A DNA stretch of 50,843 nt from an uncultured Burkholderiales bacterium (GCA_964473355.1 CAYYOS010000002.1:1-50843); one strand, 5' to 3'; positions 32,130 to 44,872 are shown, counted from the first letter of the stretch. Made by a program: numbers and translations. The notes: generated by a model from the letters alone, not told the origin.

Positions 32130-32145
32130 TGTTACTCCTATCCAA

Positions 32146-34422
32146 TCAAAAGGTCGAGCCCAAAATAAACTGGAAGACCTCTTTTTTATCGCCGGGCTTC
32201 GCGTTTAAGGGCTGACCGATGCTAAATTTTAAAGGGCCAATAGGCGATAACCAGCTGACCGCAACGCCTGCAGAATAACGGAGTTCGCCCACATCAAATT
32301 TTTCGCCTTGGCCGAATACCATACCACCGTCTATAAAGGTGCTCATGCGTATCGATTTATCGTTACCCAATCCTGGAAATGGGAAAAACAATTCGACGTT
32401 GCCGACAATTCGTCTATCCCCGCCCAACGCTTCACCGTTAGTATCCCGCGGCCCCAATGATCCGGATTCATAGCCCCGTACCGAGCTATTCCCCCCTGCG
32501 TAAAAGTTTTTAAAGAACGGTAAGGGTTTATCGCTATAACCGTTAGCGTAGCCGAGTTCGCCATTAAGCATTAAGGTAAAATTGCTAAACAGCGGCGTAA
32601 ACCATTGATGCTGGTAGGAACCCTTGTAATATTTTAAATCGCCGCCTGGCAAGCCGACCTCACCATATATTCGTTGAAAGCGACCGCGCGTGGGATAAGT
32701 AATACTATCGCGCGTGTCCCTGGCATACCCGAGTTCGCCTCTTAAGGTGGTATTGTTAGGACCAAACGTAGTGACAAAATCTTGATAGCGCTGTGGACTG
32801 TCTTCAAACACCGTGAGTTTAGTGCGCTCAAAAGCCAAGCCGACATTAATGGTGTCCTGTTCGTTAACCGGGATGCCGTAGCGCACACCCGCTCCCAACG
32901 ACGACGTTTGATAGCGTCCTAACGACAAATCCGTAGAATCCACATCACGCTTGTAAATATCAAATCCACGGCTGATGCCATTCACGGTATAGTAAGGATT
33001 GGTATAGGAGAGTGAATAGACACTATTTATTTTACTGGAATTCACTTGGGCGATAAGACTATTGCCCGTGCCAAAGAAATTGCTCTGCGAGACTGAGCCG
33101 CTGACAATAAACCCGTCCGAACTGGAAAAGCCGGCGCCCAATAATACGTTTCCCGTCGATTTTTCGGTGACGCTAAAGTTGATATCAACTTGGTCAGTCG
33201 TCCCTGCAACTGCCGGCGTCTCCACATTTACGTCGGAGAAAAAGCCCAAGCGATTTAAGCGTTCGCGAGACCGCGAAATCTTCTCCGCAGAATACCAGCC
33301 CGCCTCCATTTGTCGGAATTCACGACGCACAACTTCGTCTCTGGTGCGTGTATTGCCGGTGACATTGATGCGTCGAATATAAACTCGCTTGCCGGGATCT
33401 ACAAAAAAAGTAAACCCGACTTCATGTTTCTCCTTATCGAGCTTGGGCACGGCATTGACATTAGCAAATGCGTAGCCTTCATCACCCAATTTGTCGCCGA
33501 TGGCTTTTGTCGCCACGGTAAGTTTTTCTCGTGAAAAAACTTCACCCGGCTGAATTTTAATAAGCTTGCGCACTTCCTCTTCGGGTGCTGTAAGTTCGCC
33601 GGCAAGTTGAATATCCGAGACAATATATTTCGGGCCCTCATTAACATTAATGGTGATGTAGATATCTTTCTTGTCTGGGGTAATGGACACTTGGGTGGAT
33701 TCGATAGTAAATTCCAAGTAACCTCGATTTAGATAAAAGGATCGGAGATTTTCTAAATCAGCGCTTAGTTTTTGCTTGGAATATTGATCGTTTTTATTCA
33801 GCCAGGTTAACCAATTGGGCGTTCTCAGCGTTAAAAGACCGATTAATTCCTTATCGGAAAAAACTTTGTTGCCGACGATATTAATTTGCCGGATTTTAGA
33901 GACCGCGCCCTCGGTAATGGCAAAATTAATCCCAACACGGTTACGCTCTAAGGGTGTCACGGTCGTGACGATTTCCGCCGCATATTTCCCGCGGCTAAGA
34001 TATTGACGTTTTAATTCCTGCTCCGCTTTATCCAGCAAGGAACGGTCAAAAATTCGCGATTCGGCTAAACCAATTTGTTTTAGCCCGTCTTTAAGCTGTT
34101 CTTTGGTAAATTCCTTGGCGCCAGTAATGTCAACTTCAGCAATGGCCGGGCGCTCTTCCACTAACACAACCAAGACATCATTGTCGTATTCCAAGCGCAC
34201 GTCTTTGAAAAAACCGGTGGCGTACAGAGCCTTGATTGACGCCGCGGCTTTTTCATCGTTCATGGTTTCGCCAACCTTTACCGGCAAGTAGGAAAAAACC
34301 GTCCCTGCTTCGGTACGTTGGATACCTTCCACACGTATGTCTTTCACGACAAAAGGGTCTATGGCCCATGAGGGAGAAGCGAAACTTAAGGCGAGCAGCA
34401 AATGGAGTGTTTTTATTTTCAT
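32146..34422 (-). CDS. bamA: Outer membrane protein assembly factor BamA
   Basis: 758 aa. Signal peptide, five POTRA-like repeats (starting FVVKDIRVEGIQRTE), and a C-terminal beta-barrel ending ...FQFILGSTF. Confidence 0.95.
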   Translation of the reverse strand: MKIKTLHLLLALSFASPSWAIDPFVVKDIRVEGIQRTEAGTVFSYLPVKVGETMNDEKAAASIKALYATGFFKDVRLEYDNDVLVVLVEERPAIAEVDITGAKEFTKEQLKDGLKQIGLAESRIFDRSLLDKAEQELKRQYLSRGKYAAEIVTTVTPLERNRVGINFAITEGAVSKIRQINIVGNKVFSDKELIGLLTLRTPNWLTWLNKNDQYSKQKLSADLENLRSFYLNRGYLEFTIESTQVSITPDKKDIYITINVNEGPKYIVSDIQLAGELTAPEEEVRKLIKIQPGEVFSREKLTVATKAIGDKLGDEGYAFANVNAVPKLDKEKHEVGFTFFVDPGKRVYIRRINVTGNTRTRDEVVRREFRQMEAGWYSAEKISRSRERLNRLGFFSDVNVETPAVAGTTDQVDINFSVTEKSTGNVLLGAGFSSSDGFIVSGSVSQSNFFGTGNSLIAQVNSSKINSVYSLSYTNPYYTVNGISRGFDIYKRDVDSTDLSLGRYQTSSLGAGVRYGIPVNEQDTINVGLAFERTKLTVFEDSPQRYQDFVTTFGPNNTTLRGELGYARDTRDSITYPTRGRFQRIYGEVGLPGGDLKYYKGSYQHQWFTPLFSNFTLMLNGELGYANGYSDKPLPFFKNFYAGGNSSVRGYESGSLGPRDTNGEALGGDRRIVGNVELFFPFPGLGNDKSIRMSTFIDGGMVFGQGEKFDVGELRYSAGVAVSWLSPIGPLKFSIGQPLNAKPGDKKEVFQFILGSTF

Positions 34423-35783
34423 CCGGACAGTAGGCGGTTAATATCGTTATAAAAAGCGAAGGTCATTAAAGTAAGTAAGAGCGCGATGCCTATTTGCTGC
34501 CCAATCGCCATGGCTTGTTCGGTGGGCGGACGGCCGCGAATAATTTCTGCCATATAATACATTAAATGTCCCCCATCCAATAAGGGAATAGGCAACAAGT
34601 TCATAATCCCAAGCCCGATGCTAATCGCGGCGACAAACGCAAGATAAGGCATGAACCCAAGATTAGCCGATTGCCCGGCATAATCCGCAATAGTGATGGG
34701 ACCACTAATATTTTTCCAGGAAACTTGGCCCATAATCATGCGCCCTAGCATCTCCAGCGTGAAAATTGCACTATCCCAGGTTTTGGCAATGCCTTTGCCT
34801 AAGGCCTCCACCGGGCCGTAGCTGACCTTAGCTTCCAGGGTGGCTAATACCTCTGGTGCTACCCAAGGGCCGGCACCTATCTTGCCGACGTTCTCGTCGT
34901 TTTCCTGCACGCTGCGGGGAGTAAGCGTCACACTGAGCGCCTGCTCCCCGCGTAAAATGTCCAGCTTTAAAGGTAAACTGGGGCTTTTTCGAACCAAGCG
35001 AACAAAATCCCCCCACGTACTTAACGCGACACCATCCACGCTTAAAATTTTGTCTTGCGGCTTAAGGCCCGCTGCTGCTGCCGCCCCTCCCGGAGCCATA
35101 TCGCCCATTATGGGATCGAGCTTGGGCCGATACGGGACAAGACCAAGTTTAGGGAAAAAATCCTTATCCAACTCTTCGGTGGACAATCCGCGCATTGATA
35201 AATTATGTTGGCTAAGTTTTCCATCGACGTTAATCACTTCCAGTAACGCGTCATTTTTATGCACCGCTTCTTTTAACAGCTGCCAACGCACATCGGACCA
35301 ATTGGTCATCGCTTTGTCGTTAACTTTACTAATGACTTGCTGGGGTTTTAAGCCTGCCAAACCGGCTGCAGTGTTTGTGGCAACTTCCCCAATTATTGGT
35401 TTAGCACCAGGAACGCCTATCATAAATAGCAACCAAAAAAGCGCGATGGCCAGCAGGAAATTGGCCATAGGCCCGGCCAGCACAATCGCAAAACGCCGGT
35501 AAACCGATTGCGTATTAAAAGCGCGGGGCAATTCGTGGGGAGCAACTTCGCCTTCGCGCTCGTCCAACATTTTTACAAACCCGCCCAAGGGAAAGGCCGC
35601 GACAACCCATTCGGTTTGGTCGCTACCATAGCGCTTCGTGATTAGCGGTTTACCGAAGCCCAAGGAAAATCGCAACACCTTAACACCGGCCCAACGTGCA
35701 ACCAGGTAATGCCCGAGCTCGTGCACGACAATTAGTACGCCCAAGGCGACTGCGAACGCGATAATGGTGACGACAAGATTCAT
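34419..35783 (-). CDS. rseP: RIP zinc metalloprotease RseP
   Basis: [11 protein letters not shown] (HExxH) near the N-terminus, two PDZ-like segments, and the [12 protein letters not shown] motif. The start was set to MNLVVTII (complement of 35781-35783), which forms an ATGA overlap with the dxr stop. Confidence 0.93.
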   Translation of the reverse strand: MNLVVTIIAFAVALGVLIVVHELGHYLVARWAGVKVLRFSLGFGKPLITKRYGSDQTEWVVAAFPLGGFVKMLDEREGEVAPHELPRAFNTQSVYRRFAIVLAGPMANFLLAIALFWLLFMIGVPGAKPIIGEVATNTAAGLAGLKPQQVISKVNDKAMTNWSDVRWQLLKEAVHKNDALLEVINVDGKLSQHNLSMRGLSTEELDKDFFPKLGLVPYRPKLDPIMGDMAPGGAAAAAGLKPQDKILSVDGVALSTWGDFVRLVRKSPSLPLKLDILRGEQALSVTLTPRSVQENDENVGKIGAGPWVAPEVLATLEAKVSYGPVEALGKGIAKTWDSAIFTLEMLGRMIMGQVSWKNISGPITIADYAGQSANLGFMPYLAFVAAISIGLGIMNLLPIPLLDGGHLMYYMAEIIRGRPPTEQAMAIGQQIGIALLLTLMTFAFYNDINRLLSG

Positions 35784-36970
35784 TGTAAAACATGTTCCTG
35801 GGTGAAGTATCCTTGGCAAGCCGCCCGCGCACTCAGGTCAGCGTCTAATACGTCCTGCAGCGCTCCTATGGGTTGATGGGGCACCTGGGATAAGGCGTAA
35901 GCTATGGTCTTCGGTATCATATTAAACGTGATTCTGTGATCCAAAAATGCGCCAACCGCTTCTTCATTTGCAGCGTTTAAAATGGCCGGTGCGGTGCCAC
36001 CTGAATTTAGTGCCTGATATGCCAGCGCTATGCAGGGAAATCGCTGATGATCTGGTCTCTTAAATTCCAAATTAGGCGTAGTGAGTAAATTGAGTCCTGT
36101 TACGCCTGATTCGATTCGTTCAGGATACCCTAAAGCGTGAGCAATAGGGGTGCGCATATCAGGATTACCCAGTTGGGCCAACGTCGAACCGTCGATATAT
36201 TCTACTAAAGAATGCACGATGCTTTGCGGATGTATGACGATTTCAATGTACGCGGGATCGAGATTAAATAGCCAACGGGCTTCGATGACTTCCAAGCCCT
36301 TGTTCATCATCGTCGCCGAATCTACGGAGATTTTTTTTCCCATTACCCAGTTCGGGTGAGCACACGCTTGCTCCGGAGTTATGCTATCAAAAGCGGCTAA
36401 GGGCATAGACAAAAATGGTCCACCCGAAGCGGTCAACCATATTTTAGCCACACCGTCGGCGTTTAAGTTAGTCGAAAAACCGCGCGGTAAGGATTGAAAA
36501 ATAGCGTTGTGTTCGCTATCGATGGGTAAAAGCTGGGCGCCCGACTGCGCCGCCGCCTGCATAAAAGTTTGCCCGGCCATCACTAAAGCCTCTTTATTTG
36601 CTAACAACACCCGCTTTCCTTTTTTTACCGCCGCTAAAGTAGGATGCAAGCCCGCGGCACCAACTATTGCGGCAACCACGGTCGTCACCTCATCTAACGT
36701 CGCCACCTCCAGCAAGCCCGCCATGCCGGATAACACTTGCGTGGACGAACCCGCATTGCGAAGTTGCACTGCTAATTTTGCTGCCGCGTCCTCATTTAAG
36801 AGCACAGCATAGCGGGGGCTAAATTTTAAACATTGCTCGAGTAACACGCCATGCCTGCTATTAGCAGATAAGGCCACTATTTCGAAACGGCTGGGATGGC
36901 GGGCAACCACATCTAGGGTATTGACGCCAATACTTCCCGTGGAACCCAGTAAAGTAAGCGTTTGCCGCAT
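35780..36970 (-). CDS. dxr: 1-deoxy-D-xylulose-5-phosphate reductoisomerase
   Basis: 396 aa. [22 protein letters not shown] motif, [42 protein letters not shown]. Confidence 0.95.
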   Translation of the reverse strand: MRQTLTLLGSTGSIGVNTLDVVARHPSRFEIVALSANSRHGVLLEQCLKFSPRYAVLLNEDAAAKLAVQLRNAGSSTQVLSGMAGLLEVATLDEVTTVVAAIVGAAGLHPTLAAVKKGKRVLLANKEALVMAGQTFMQAAAQSGAQLLPIDSEHNAIFQSLPRGFSTNLNADGVAKIWLTASGGPFLSMPLAAFDSITPEQACAHPNWVMGKKISVDSATMMNKGLEVIEARWLFNLDPAYIEIVIHPQSIVHSLVEYIDGSTLAQLGNPDMRTPIAHALGYPERIESGVTGLNLLTTPNLEFKRPDHQRFPCIALAYQALNSGGTAPAILNAANEEAVGAFLDHRITFNMIPKTIAYALSQVPHQPIGALQDVLDADLSARAACQGYFTQEHVLQ

Positions 36971-37783
36971 CTAGAAAAACCCGTCGAAAAAGATTACGAA
37001 TGCCGCTATTGGCAAAGCAGATGTCAGCGCGTCCACACGATCCAGTAAGCCGCCATGTCCTGGTAAAATTTGGCCGCTATCTTTTAAGCCGCTTTTACGC
37101 TTCATCATGGATTCAAATAAGTCGCCAACTATACTTAAAACGGTTAGAAAAGCAGTTGCCAAAATAAGGTATAAGGCACTAATACCGACAAAGTAACTCA
37201 GCACGAAACCATATAGAATCGTGGCAAGTAGTGCGCCCAATACCCCCTCCCAAGTTTTGCCGGGGCTTAAAGCCGGCGCTAATTTGTGCTTGCCAAATTT
37301 CTTTCCGGAAAAATAGGCGGCGATATCCGCGACCCACACTACACCCATTATCGCCAGTAGAACTAACGCATCAAGAAACCGCAGGTGAATTAACGCGAGC
37401 GCAAATGGCATCAATACTATCAAGCCGGTCATCGCCAATATGAATTTATTGCTTATTTGCCATCTCGACCATAGCCACCAAGGTGCGATGACTAGCCAGA
37501 AAGCGGCTGCCACAGCAAAAATAATTTTAATAGGGAGCCACTCAGCGTAAGGGAAATTTTGCCCCGGTCCGGCTAAAATCAAAATCAGCAATAATGCCGT
37601 GCCTAAAATTGTAAAACTCCATTTCTGTTTTTCCGTAAAACTGGAAATATTTCCCCATTCCCAGCTAGCCACCATAAAAATTGCGACGACCAACGCTCGC
37701 CAAAAATTCTGAGGTAAATAAAAAACTGCCAAGAAAAAAGCGACAAGTAACAAAACGGCGGTTAAAACCCGCGTTTTTAGCAT
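36971..37783 (-). CDS. cdsA: Phosphatidate cytidylyltransferase
   Basis: 270 aa, polytopic. The C-terminal signature SMMKRKSGLKDSGQILPGHGGLLDRVDAL is present. Confidence 0.9.
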   Translation of the reverse strand: MLKTRVLTAVLLLVAFFLAVFYLPQNFWRALVVAIFMVASWEWGNISSFTEKQKWSFTILGTALLLILILAGPGQNFPYAEWLPIKIIFAVAAAFWLVIAPWWLWSRWQISNKFILAMTGLIVLMPFALALIHLRFLDALVLLAIMGVVWVADIAAYFSGKKFGKHKLAPALSPGKTWEGVLGALLATILYGFVLSYFVGISALYLILATAFLTVLSIVGDLFESMMKRKSGLKDSGQILPGHGGLLDRVDALTSALPIAAFVIFFDGFF

Positions 37784-37802
37784 GCCGGATGCCGCTTAAA
37801 AG

Positions 37803-38579
37803 TCATTTAATACGGCTTTTAGATTGCGCGACTGGGATGAGTTGTTCGCTAGTGCGACCAAAACGGCGTTCTCGCTGCTGATACGAGAGCACCGCTCGAT
37901 GCAAGGCCTCGGCGTTAAAGTCGGGCCAGAGCGTATCGGTAAAATAGAGTTCGGTGTAAGCCAGCTGCCACAAAAGAAAGTTGCTTATGCGTTGTTCGCC
38001 GCCGGTACGAATGAAAAAGTCAGGTTCGGGCAAGTCACTGGTGGAAAGATAAGGCGCCAGATCTTCTTCATTTAAAGATTTGGCTGCTTCGGGAGACGCT
38101 TCCAACAAGCGCCGTAAGGCCTCCAAAACATCCCAGCGCCCGCCATAGTTAGCGGCAACGGTGAGGGTTAGACGTTGATTGTTTAGGGTGAGTGCTTCCG
38201 CATCACGAATAAGCTCGACAATTTTCGGTTCAAATCGGCTTAAGTCGCCAATGACCTTAAAACGAATTTCGTTAGCGTGAAGCTTTGCTACTTCTTGCTC
38301 TAAGGCACGCATGAAAAGCTGCATCAGCAAAGAAATTTCTTCAGTCGGGCGACGCCAATTCTCGCTGCTAAAAGCAAAAACCGTCAGGTATGTCACCCCT
38401 AGTTCGATGGACGACTTAATAACTTCCCGCAGGGTTTCTACGCCTCGACGATGCCCAGCAATGCGAGGTAGCATGCGCTGTTTCGCCCATCTGCCATTGC
38501 CATCCATAATAATGGCAATATGCTTAGGAATAGCCGAAATTTCCGGAATTTGTTTCGTACTGCTTTTAAATAAAGCCAT
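37803..38579 (-). CDS. uppS: Ditrans,polycis-undecaprenyl-diphosphate synthase
   Basis: 258 aa. [51 protein letters not shown]. Confidence 0.95.
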   Translation of the reverse strand: MALFKSSTKQIPEISAIPKHIAIIMDGNGRWAKQRMLPRIAGHRRGVETLREVIKSSIELGVTYLTVFAFSSENWRRPTEEISLLMQLFMRALEQEVAKLHANEIRFKVIGDLSRFEPKIVELIRDAEALTLNNQRLTLTVAANYGGRWDVLEALRRLLEASPEAAKSLNEEDLAPYLSTSDLPEPDFFIRTGGEQRISNFLLWQLAYTELYFTDTLWPDFNAEALHRAVLSYQQRERRFGRTSEQLIPVAQSKSRIK

Positions 38580-39136
38580 TAGACCGCCAGAAGATCCGCT
38601 TCCTTAACTTGCAAAGTTTTTTCAATCTCCCCAATATATTTATCCGTTAAGCGCTGGACGTCTTCCTGCGCGCGGCGCTCATCATCATCGCTAATTTCTT
38701 TATTTTTAACCAATTCCTTTAAGGTATTGTTGGCATCACGGCGTATATTTCGCACCGCGACTTTAGCGTTTTCACCTTCATTTTTTACCACTTTAATTAG
38801 CTCCCGACGCCGCTCTTCTGTCAAAGGCGGCATAGGCACGCGAATAAGTTCGCCCATGGTGGCGGGATTCAAGCCTAACCCACTATCACGAATTGCTTTC
38901 TCTATTGGGCCCACCATTTTTTTTTCCCAGGGGGAAACGCCGATGGTACGTGCATCGATAAGCGTTACATTCGCCACTTGATTGATAGGCATGGGCGCGC
39001 CGTAATAATCGACCTCAACGTGATCCAAAATCCCTGCATGGGCGCGGCCAGTGCGCACTTTCCCTAAGTCGGATTTGAGCGCTTCCAGGGATTTTTGCAT
39101 TTTTTGTTCAGCGGATTTTTTAATGTCTGCGATCAT
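38579..39136 (-). CDS. frr: Ribosome recycling factor
   Basis: The start was trimmed to [21 protein letters not shown] (complement of 39134-39136). [13 protein letters not shown] and VRNIRRDAN motifs. Confidence 0.95.
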   Translation of the reverse strand: MIADIKKSAEQKMQKSLEALKSDLGKVRTGRAHAGILDHVEVDYYGAPMPINQVANVTLIDARTIGVSPWEKKMVGPIEKAIRDSGLGLNPATMGELIRVPMPPLTEERRRELIKVVKNEGENAKVAVRNIRRDANNTLKELVKNKEISDDDERRAQEDVQRLTDKYIGEIEKTLQVKEADLLAV

Positions 39137-39194
39137 TGTTACCCCAAAATCGAGAGTGAGCAAAAAACAGTTGGCTGAAACTTTAGCGGATGCG

Positions 39195-40795
<1,601 letters not shown>

Positions 40796-40814
40796 TTCAT
40801 CCTCTTATGTTTAT

Positions 40815-40840
40815 TAAAAAAGGGGCGAATCGCCCCTCTT
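40815..40840 (-). terminator. Rho-independent terminator/attenuator between rpsB and tsf
   Basis: On the minus strand: AGGGGCG-AUU-CGCCCCU (40821-40837) followed by UUUUUU (complement of 40815-20). It lies 20 nt after the rpsB stop and upstream of the tsf RBS (AAGAGGA). An internal attenuator at this position is known for the E. coli rpsB-tsf operon. Confidence 0.65.
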
Positions 40841-40859
40841 TATCGACGTCGCGGAAAAG

Positions 40860-41603
40860 CTATTGTGAAGCCTGGGCTTCATCCACTTCCACAAATTCGT
40901 CTTTGATAATTTCTTTAATGATCATGGAGCGGCCTTCCAAAATCGCATCCGCCATACCACGCGCAAAAAGCAAAATGGCGCGATTAGAATCGTCGTTGCC
41001 CGGAATAACATAATCGATGTCAATCGGGGAATTGTTGGTGTCGACCACGCCTATCACTGGAATACCCAGCTTTTTTGCCTCAACGATTGCGCCGCTTTCG
41101 TGGCCCACATCAATCACAAAAATCGCATCCGGCAAACCCGGCATATCTTTAATGCCGCCTAAGCTGCGCTGCAGTTTAGCTAGCTCGCGCTGATAGCCCA
41201 GCGCTTCTTTTTTGGCCAATTTTTCCAAGCTGCCGTCTTGGATCATGGTTTCCATTTCATGTAGGCGGGAAACCGATTGCTTAACCGTTTTAAAATTGGT
41301 CAACATGCCACCTAACCAGCGGTGATTCACAAAAGGCGCGCCGCAACGCAGCGCTTCTTCTTTTATAATCTCGCGCGCTTGGCGCTTAGTGCCGACAAAT
41401 AAAATCGTGCCCTTATTCGACGCCATGCGACGCACAAATTGCAAAGCCGAATTAAATAAAGGCAGGGATTGTTCGAGGTTAATAATGTGGATCTTATTGC
41501 GGTCGCCAAAAATATAAGGCGCCATTTTAGGATTCCAATAGCGGGTTTGGTGTCCGAAATGAACGCCCGCTTCCAGCATTTGCCGCATTGTTACTGCTAT
41601 CAT
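40860..41603 (-). CDS. rpsB: 30S ribosomal protein S2
   Basis: 247 aa. [22 protein letters not shown] at the N-terminus, then the canonical S2 body. Confidence 0.96.
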   Translation of the reverse strand: MIAVTMRQMLEAGVHFGHQTRYWNPKMAPYIFGDRNKIHIINLEQSLPLFNSALQFVRRMASNKGTILFVGTKRQAREIIKEEALRCGAPFVNHRWLGGMLTNFKTVKQSVSRLHEMETMIQDGSLEKLAKKEALGYQRELAKLQRSLGGIKDMPGLPDAIFVIDVGHESGAIVEAKKLGIPVIGVVDTNNSPIDIDYVIPGNDDSNRAILLFARGMADAILEGRSMIIKEIIKDEFVEVDEAQASQ

Positions 41604-41725
41604 TAGTATTCCTTACAAAAGGGTTAAGCCGCCATCCGTGATACCCCTAAATTCGGAGCACCCGATTGTTTACGGATGTGTGAGATAAAAAGCCGTTATT
41701 ATACCTGATGTTCCGTTTGATTCAA
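41604..41725 (-). promoter_or_regulatory. Putative sigma70 promoter and structured 5' leader of rpsB
   Basis: On the minus strand: TTGAAT (complement of 41720-41725), a 16-nt spacer, then TATAAT (complement of 41698-41703). This predicts a leader of ~85-90 nt. The leader contains a 7-bp stem (41633-41639 pairs with 41672-41678) that encloses a UCGG-GUGCU-CCGA hairpin and a GGGGU run. S2 autoregulation through the leader is established in E. coli. Homology here is not verified. Confidence 0.45.
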
Positions 41726-41749
41726 AGATGATATCAATGCCGATTTCAC

Positions 41750-42124
41750 GGGACCCTTGCCCCACCGCCGAGCAGCGCAACCAAGTCAGGAGTAGTCGGC
41801 GAGCACTGTTCGAATCCCGAGGCGCGATAGCGCCGAGGTTGAGTTGCGCAGCCGCCTGGCTTGGTGAGCAGCACAGGGAACCCGAAGGGGCGGTGGGGAG
41901 GGTGGCCTTTTCTTTGATTACTTTCTTTTTGGCCTTACAAAAGAAGGGCGACCGCGAAGGGTGGAGCAGTGCCTACGCCTTGGCGTAGGTGCGACGTGAA
42001 AGCGGGATGCGGGGGCCCGGAATAAGAACGCAGTCGCCTGGCATCCCTTGCGCTGCCCGATCCCGCTACCGCGGGTCCCGCGTGCGACGCTCCAGGGCGC
42101 CCTAGCTGTCGGGCTACCCCGGCA
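41750..42124. repeat. Copy B of the ~375-bp GC-rich hairpin-mosaic repeat (inverted relative to copy A)
   Basis: Aligns with the reverse complement of 20160-20530 (see copy A). It lies immediately upstream of the putative rpsB promoter and downstream of the 42174-42875 membrane-protein gene. Confidence 0.85.
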
Positions 42125-42173
42125 TGTTCATACATAAAAACCCGACAGCAAGCGCCGCTTATAGATTATTAGT

Positions 42174-42875
42174 TTATGGGTCACTAAGGGGTGCGGGGCT
42201 TTCGCTCTTGTCGAGATGGCCATTGCGCCATAACTGCACATACACGATAGCTGTAAGGGCGTAGATTAATAAATTAAGCAAAGCTACCCCAACGCCGAAC
42301 AAAAAATAAAGGGCTTGGGTGATCAAATCAGTTGAATCGACTAGTAAGCCCCGCGTTATGTCCAGGCTGAGAAGAAATATCCAAATTACCAACACGGCGA
42401 TACTGATGCGCCAAACATGGCCCTTTGTTTGGTCAACACTCTCTCCAATTGCTTCAAAAGGGCCGCGGGTTCGCTCAAGGACGAGAACCGGCGCGAGGAT
42501 AGCACTGGAATAGATTAGTACAGCGGGAATTAGGAGAAAGACTCCCGCCAAAGAACTAGCAATACCAACATAAAAGGTAACGAATAGGAAAAAGAAAAAA
42601 ACAGATTTGGATATAGCTTTTGGCGAAGAAATCTCACCTCCCGCCCGACTTAAAAGAACCTGCAAAGCCTTAATATTCGCAAAGGTGCTTACGCACCACG
42701 CGACTATCAACATGGCAATGTAGCTTGGCCCCTTAAGGTATCCTGTCAGTAAGTGTGCGGCTTCCGCGAGCACAAGCAATGGAACAACCAGCCGCGGAAG
42801 GAGGTAAAAGCATTCTCCGTAAAGCCGCAGGGCCGACTTCAGAGTTTCTCGACTGCCTAACTTGATTTGAGTCAT
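42174..42875 (-). CDS. Polytopic membrane protein with the same YciC-like layout as 25193-25963
   Basis: 233 aa. The central segment VFLLIPAVLIYSSAILAPVLVLERTRGPFEAIGESVDQTKGHVWR parallels LLIIPGIILSVSLYFWYTGVVLDNESPVQSLKHSHRLVWGKWWR of the other protein. Otherwise unassigned. Confidence 0.45.
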   Translation of the reverse strand: MTQIKLGSRETLKSALRLYGECFYLLPRLVVPLLVLAEAAHLLTGYLKGPSYIAMLIVAWCVSTFANIKALQVLLSRAGGEISSPKAISKSVFFFFLFVTFYVGIASSLAGVFLLIPAVLIYSSAILAPVLVLERTRGPFEAIGESVDQTKGHVWRISIAVLVIWIFLLSLDITRGLLVDSTDLITQALYFLFGVGVALLNLLIYALTAIVYVQLWRNGHLDKSESPAPLSDP

Positions 42876-42916
42876 GGTTTTATTTTACGGGCTCTCACGC
42901 CCGACGTTATTAGACG

Positions 42917-44872
42917 TTAGTCAATTTCGGCTGCTGCTGCCACCACACTAAAAAACTCCACCACCTCCGCCAAATCCCTCGTCCGCTTCATAGGCGGCAA
43001 ACTACGCCAGATCTTACCCCCATAAGATTTAGTGATTAAACGAGGATCACCGATCATCAACACCCCTCTATCCGTTTCATCGCGAATCAACCTCCCTGCT
43101 CCCTGCTTTAAATTGATAATCGCACGCGGCAATTGGTATTCAAGAAACGCATTACCGCCGGATTGGGCAATATGTTGTATACGCGCAGCGAGCACCGGAT
43201 CATCCGGCGGCGCAAACGGAAGTTTGTCGATGACAACCAAAGAAAGCGCATCCCCGCGCACATCCACACCCTCCCAAAAACTTTGGCTCGCGACCAATAC
43301 GGCGTTGCCCAGTTCGCGAAAACGTTCTAATAATTGCGTGCGCGTTTGCTCGCCTTGCAACAACAAAGGATAAGGCAAGCCTTCTTCTACAAAAGCCGTT
43401 TTAAGAAGTTCGTACGCGGCGCGCATGGCCCGTAGGCTAGTAAACAATAAAAAAGCGCGGCCACCCGAAGCTTTAATAACCGGTAAAGCCGCCCTCACCA
43501 GCGCTTCGGTATAAGAAAGGCTGTTGGGGTCCGGCATACTTAGTGGGACGTACAGTAGTGCTTGCGAGGGATAATCGAATGGGCTTTCCCAAGAAATGGC
43601 GGCGGCCTGAGATAAACCCATCTGTTTTTGGTAGTGACTAAAATCATCCTTTACCGCCAAGGTTGCGGACGTAAATATCCAAGTGCGGCTTTTTTCTTCC
43701 AGCTGTTTTTGAAAAATTTCAGCAATGGATAAAGGTGTCGCCTGAAACTGTACGGCTTGCGCGAAAACTTCTAGCCAGCGCACATACTCTTTTTCATTTT
43801 GCCATTGCTCGAGCAAGGCGTTTAAATTTACCGCGCGGCGCCAGCAATTTTCCAAACCGGGGGCCCGCTGCGCTTGAGATTCCAAAAGCGCGGCCAACTC
43901 TTTTAAGGCATCAATCAAACTGCCTAAGGCGCTCACAAAGGGCGGCGAAACGCTCACTCTTTCATAGGGTATGCGCGTGGTAGGTTCATTAAACGCTAAA
44001 CGTAAATCTCGGGCGGTTTTTTCTAGGAAACGCGCGGCAGGATCCAGCGCTTCGAAATCCGGGGCGCCGCGTGCGCGTTCGGCAATACTGTCCCGGGCTA
44101 ACTCTATGAGCTGCCCGGTGCTGACGCTATAGCCAAAGAATAGGCTCGCGGTTTCCGGTAATTGATGGGCTTCATCCAGGATTATGGTGTTACTCGCGGG
44201 CAAGAGTTCCGCTAGGCCTTCATCGCGCAGCATCACGTCAGCAAAAAATAAGTGGTGATTCACCACCACAATCTCCGCCTCCAGTGCTTTTTTCCGCGCT
44301 TCCATCACAAAACATTTTTTTAGGTGCGGGCATTCTTGCCCTAAACAATTTTCCCGAGATGAAGTCACATAGGACCAAATTCCCGCTTCCTCCGGAACTT
44401 CGCCCAGCCCTGCCTTATCGCCATCCAAGCTGGTCTCCGCATAGCGGACCACCAAGGGCAAATATTCCGCATCTTCACGAGAGTAAAAGCGGCCTTCAAT
44501 GTGGGCGTGCTCTAAATGATAGTGACAAACATAGTTGGCGCGCCCTTTAAGCATGGCGACCGTAACGGGAATTTTTAGGGCATCCCGCACGGCGGGGATA
44601 TCGCGCTTAAACAATTGGTCTTGGAGGTTTTTGGTGCCAGTAGAGATGATGGTCTTACCGCCGTTTAGTATAGCCGGCACCAGATAGGCAAACGTTTTGC
44701 CCGTGCCCGTGCCCGCTTCGGCTATCAGTACTTGCTGGGTTTCCATGGCTTCATAAATGGCGCGGGCCAGCGCCAGTTGCTGCCAGCGGTGCCGATACGC
44801 CGGCGCGGCAAGCGATAGGCTTCCGTTCTCAGCGAAGATAGCGTCTAACACAGGCATGAGGGATTTTAGCAT
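42917..44872 (-). CDS. yoaA: DinG-family (YoaA-like) ATP-dependent DNA helicase
   Basis: Colinear with E. coli YoaA by eye: EAGTGTGKTFAYL (Walker A), the four-Cys Fe-S region (YVCHY...CLGQECPHLKKCF), VVNHHLF, DEAHQL, SATL, SFWEGVDVRGD, and KQGAGRLIRDETDRGV. The start was trimmed to MLKSLMP (complement of 44870-44872), which leaves 71 nt to the divergent gene. Confidence 0.88.
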   Translation of the reverse strand: MLKSLMPVLDAIFAENGSLSLAAPAYRHRWQQLALARAIYEAMETQQVLIAEAGTGTGKTFAYLVPAILNGGKTIISTGTKNLQDQLFKRDIPAVRDALKIPVTVAMLKGRANYVCHYHLEHAHIEGRFYSREDAEYLPLVVRYAETSLDGDKAGLGEVPEEAGIWSYVTSSRENCLGQECPHLKKCFVMEARKKALEAEIVVVNHHLFFADVMLRDEGLAELLPASNTIILDEAHQLPETASLFFGYSVSTGQLIELARDSIAERARGAPDFEALDPAARFLEKTARDLRLAFNEPTTRIPYERVSVSPPFVSALGSLIDALKELAALLESQAQRAPGLENCWRRAVNLNALLEQWQNEKEYVRWLEVFAQAVQFQATPLSIAEIFQKQLEEKSRTWIFTSATLAVKDDFSHYQKQMGLSQAAAISWESPFDYPSQALLYVPLSMPDPNSLSYTEALVRAALPVIKASGGRAFLLFTSLRAMRAAYELLKTAFVEEGLPYPLLLQGEQTRTQLLERFRELGNAVLVASQSFWEGVDVRGDALSLVVIDKLPFAPPDDPVLAARIQHIAQSGGNAFLEYQLPRAIINLKQGAGRLIRDETDRGVLMIGDPRLITKSYGGKIWRSLPPMKRTRDLAEVVEFFSVVAAAAEID

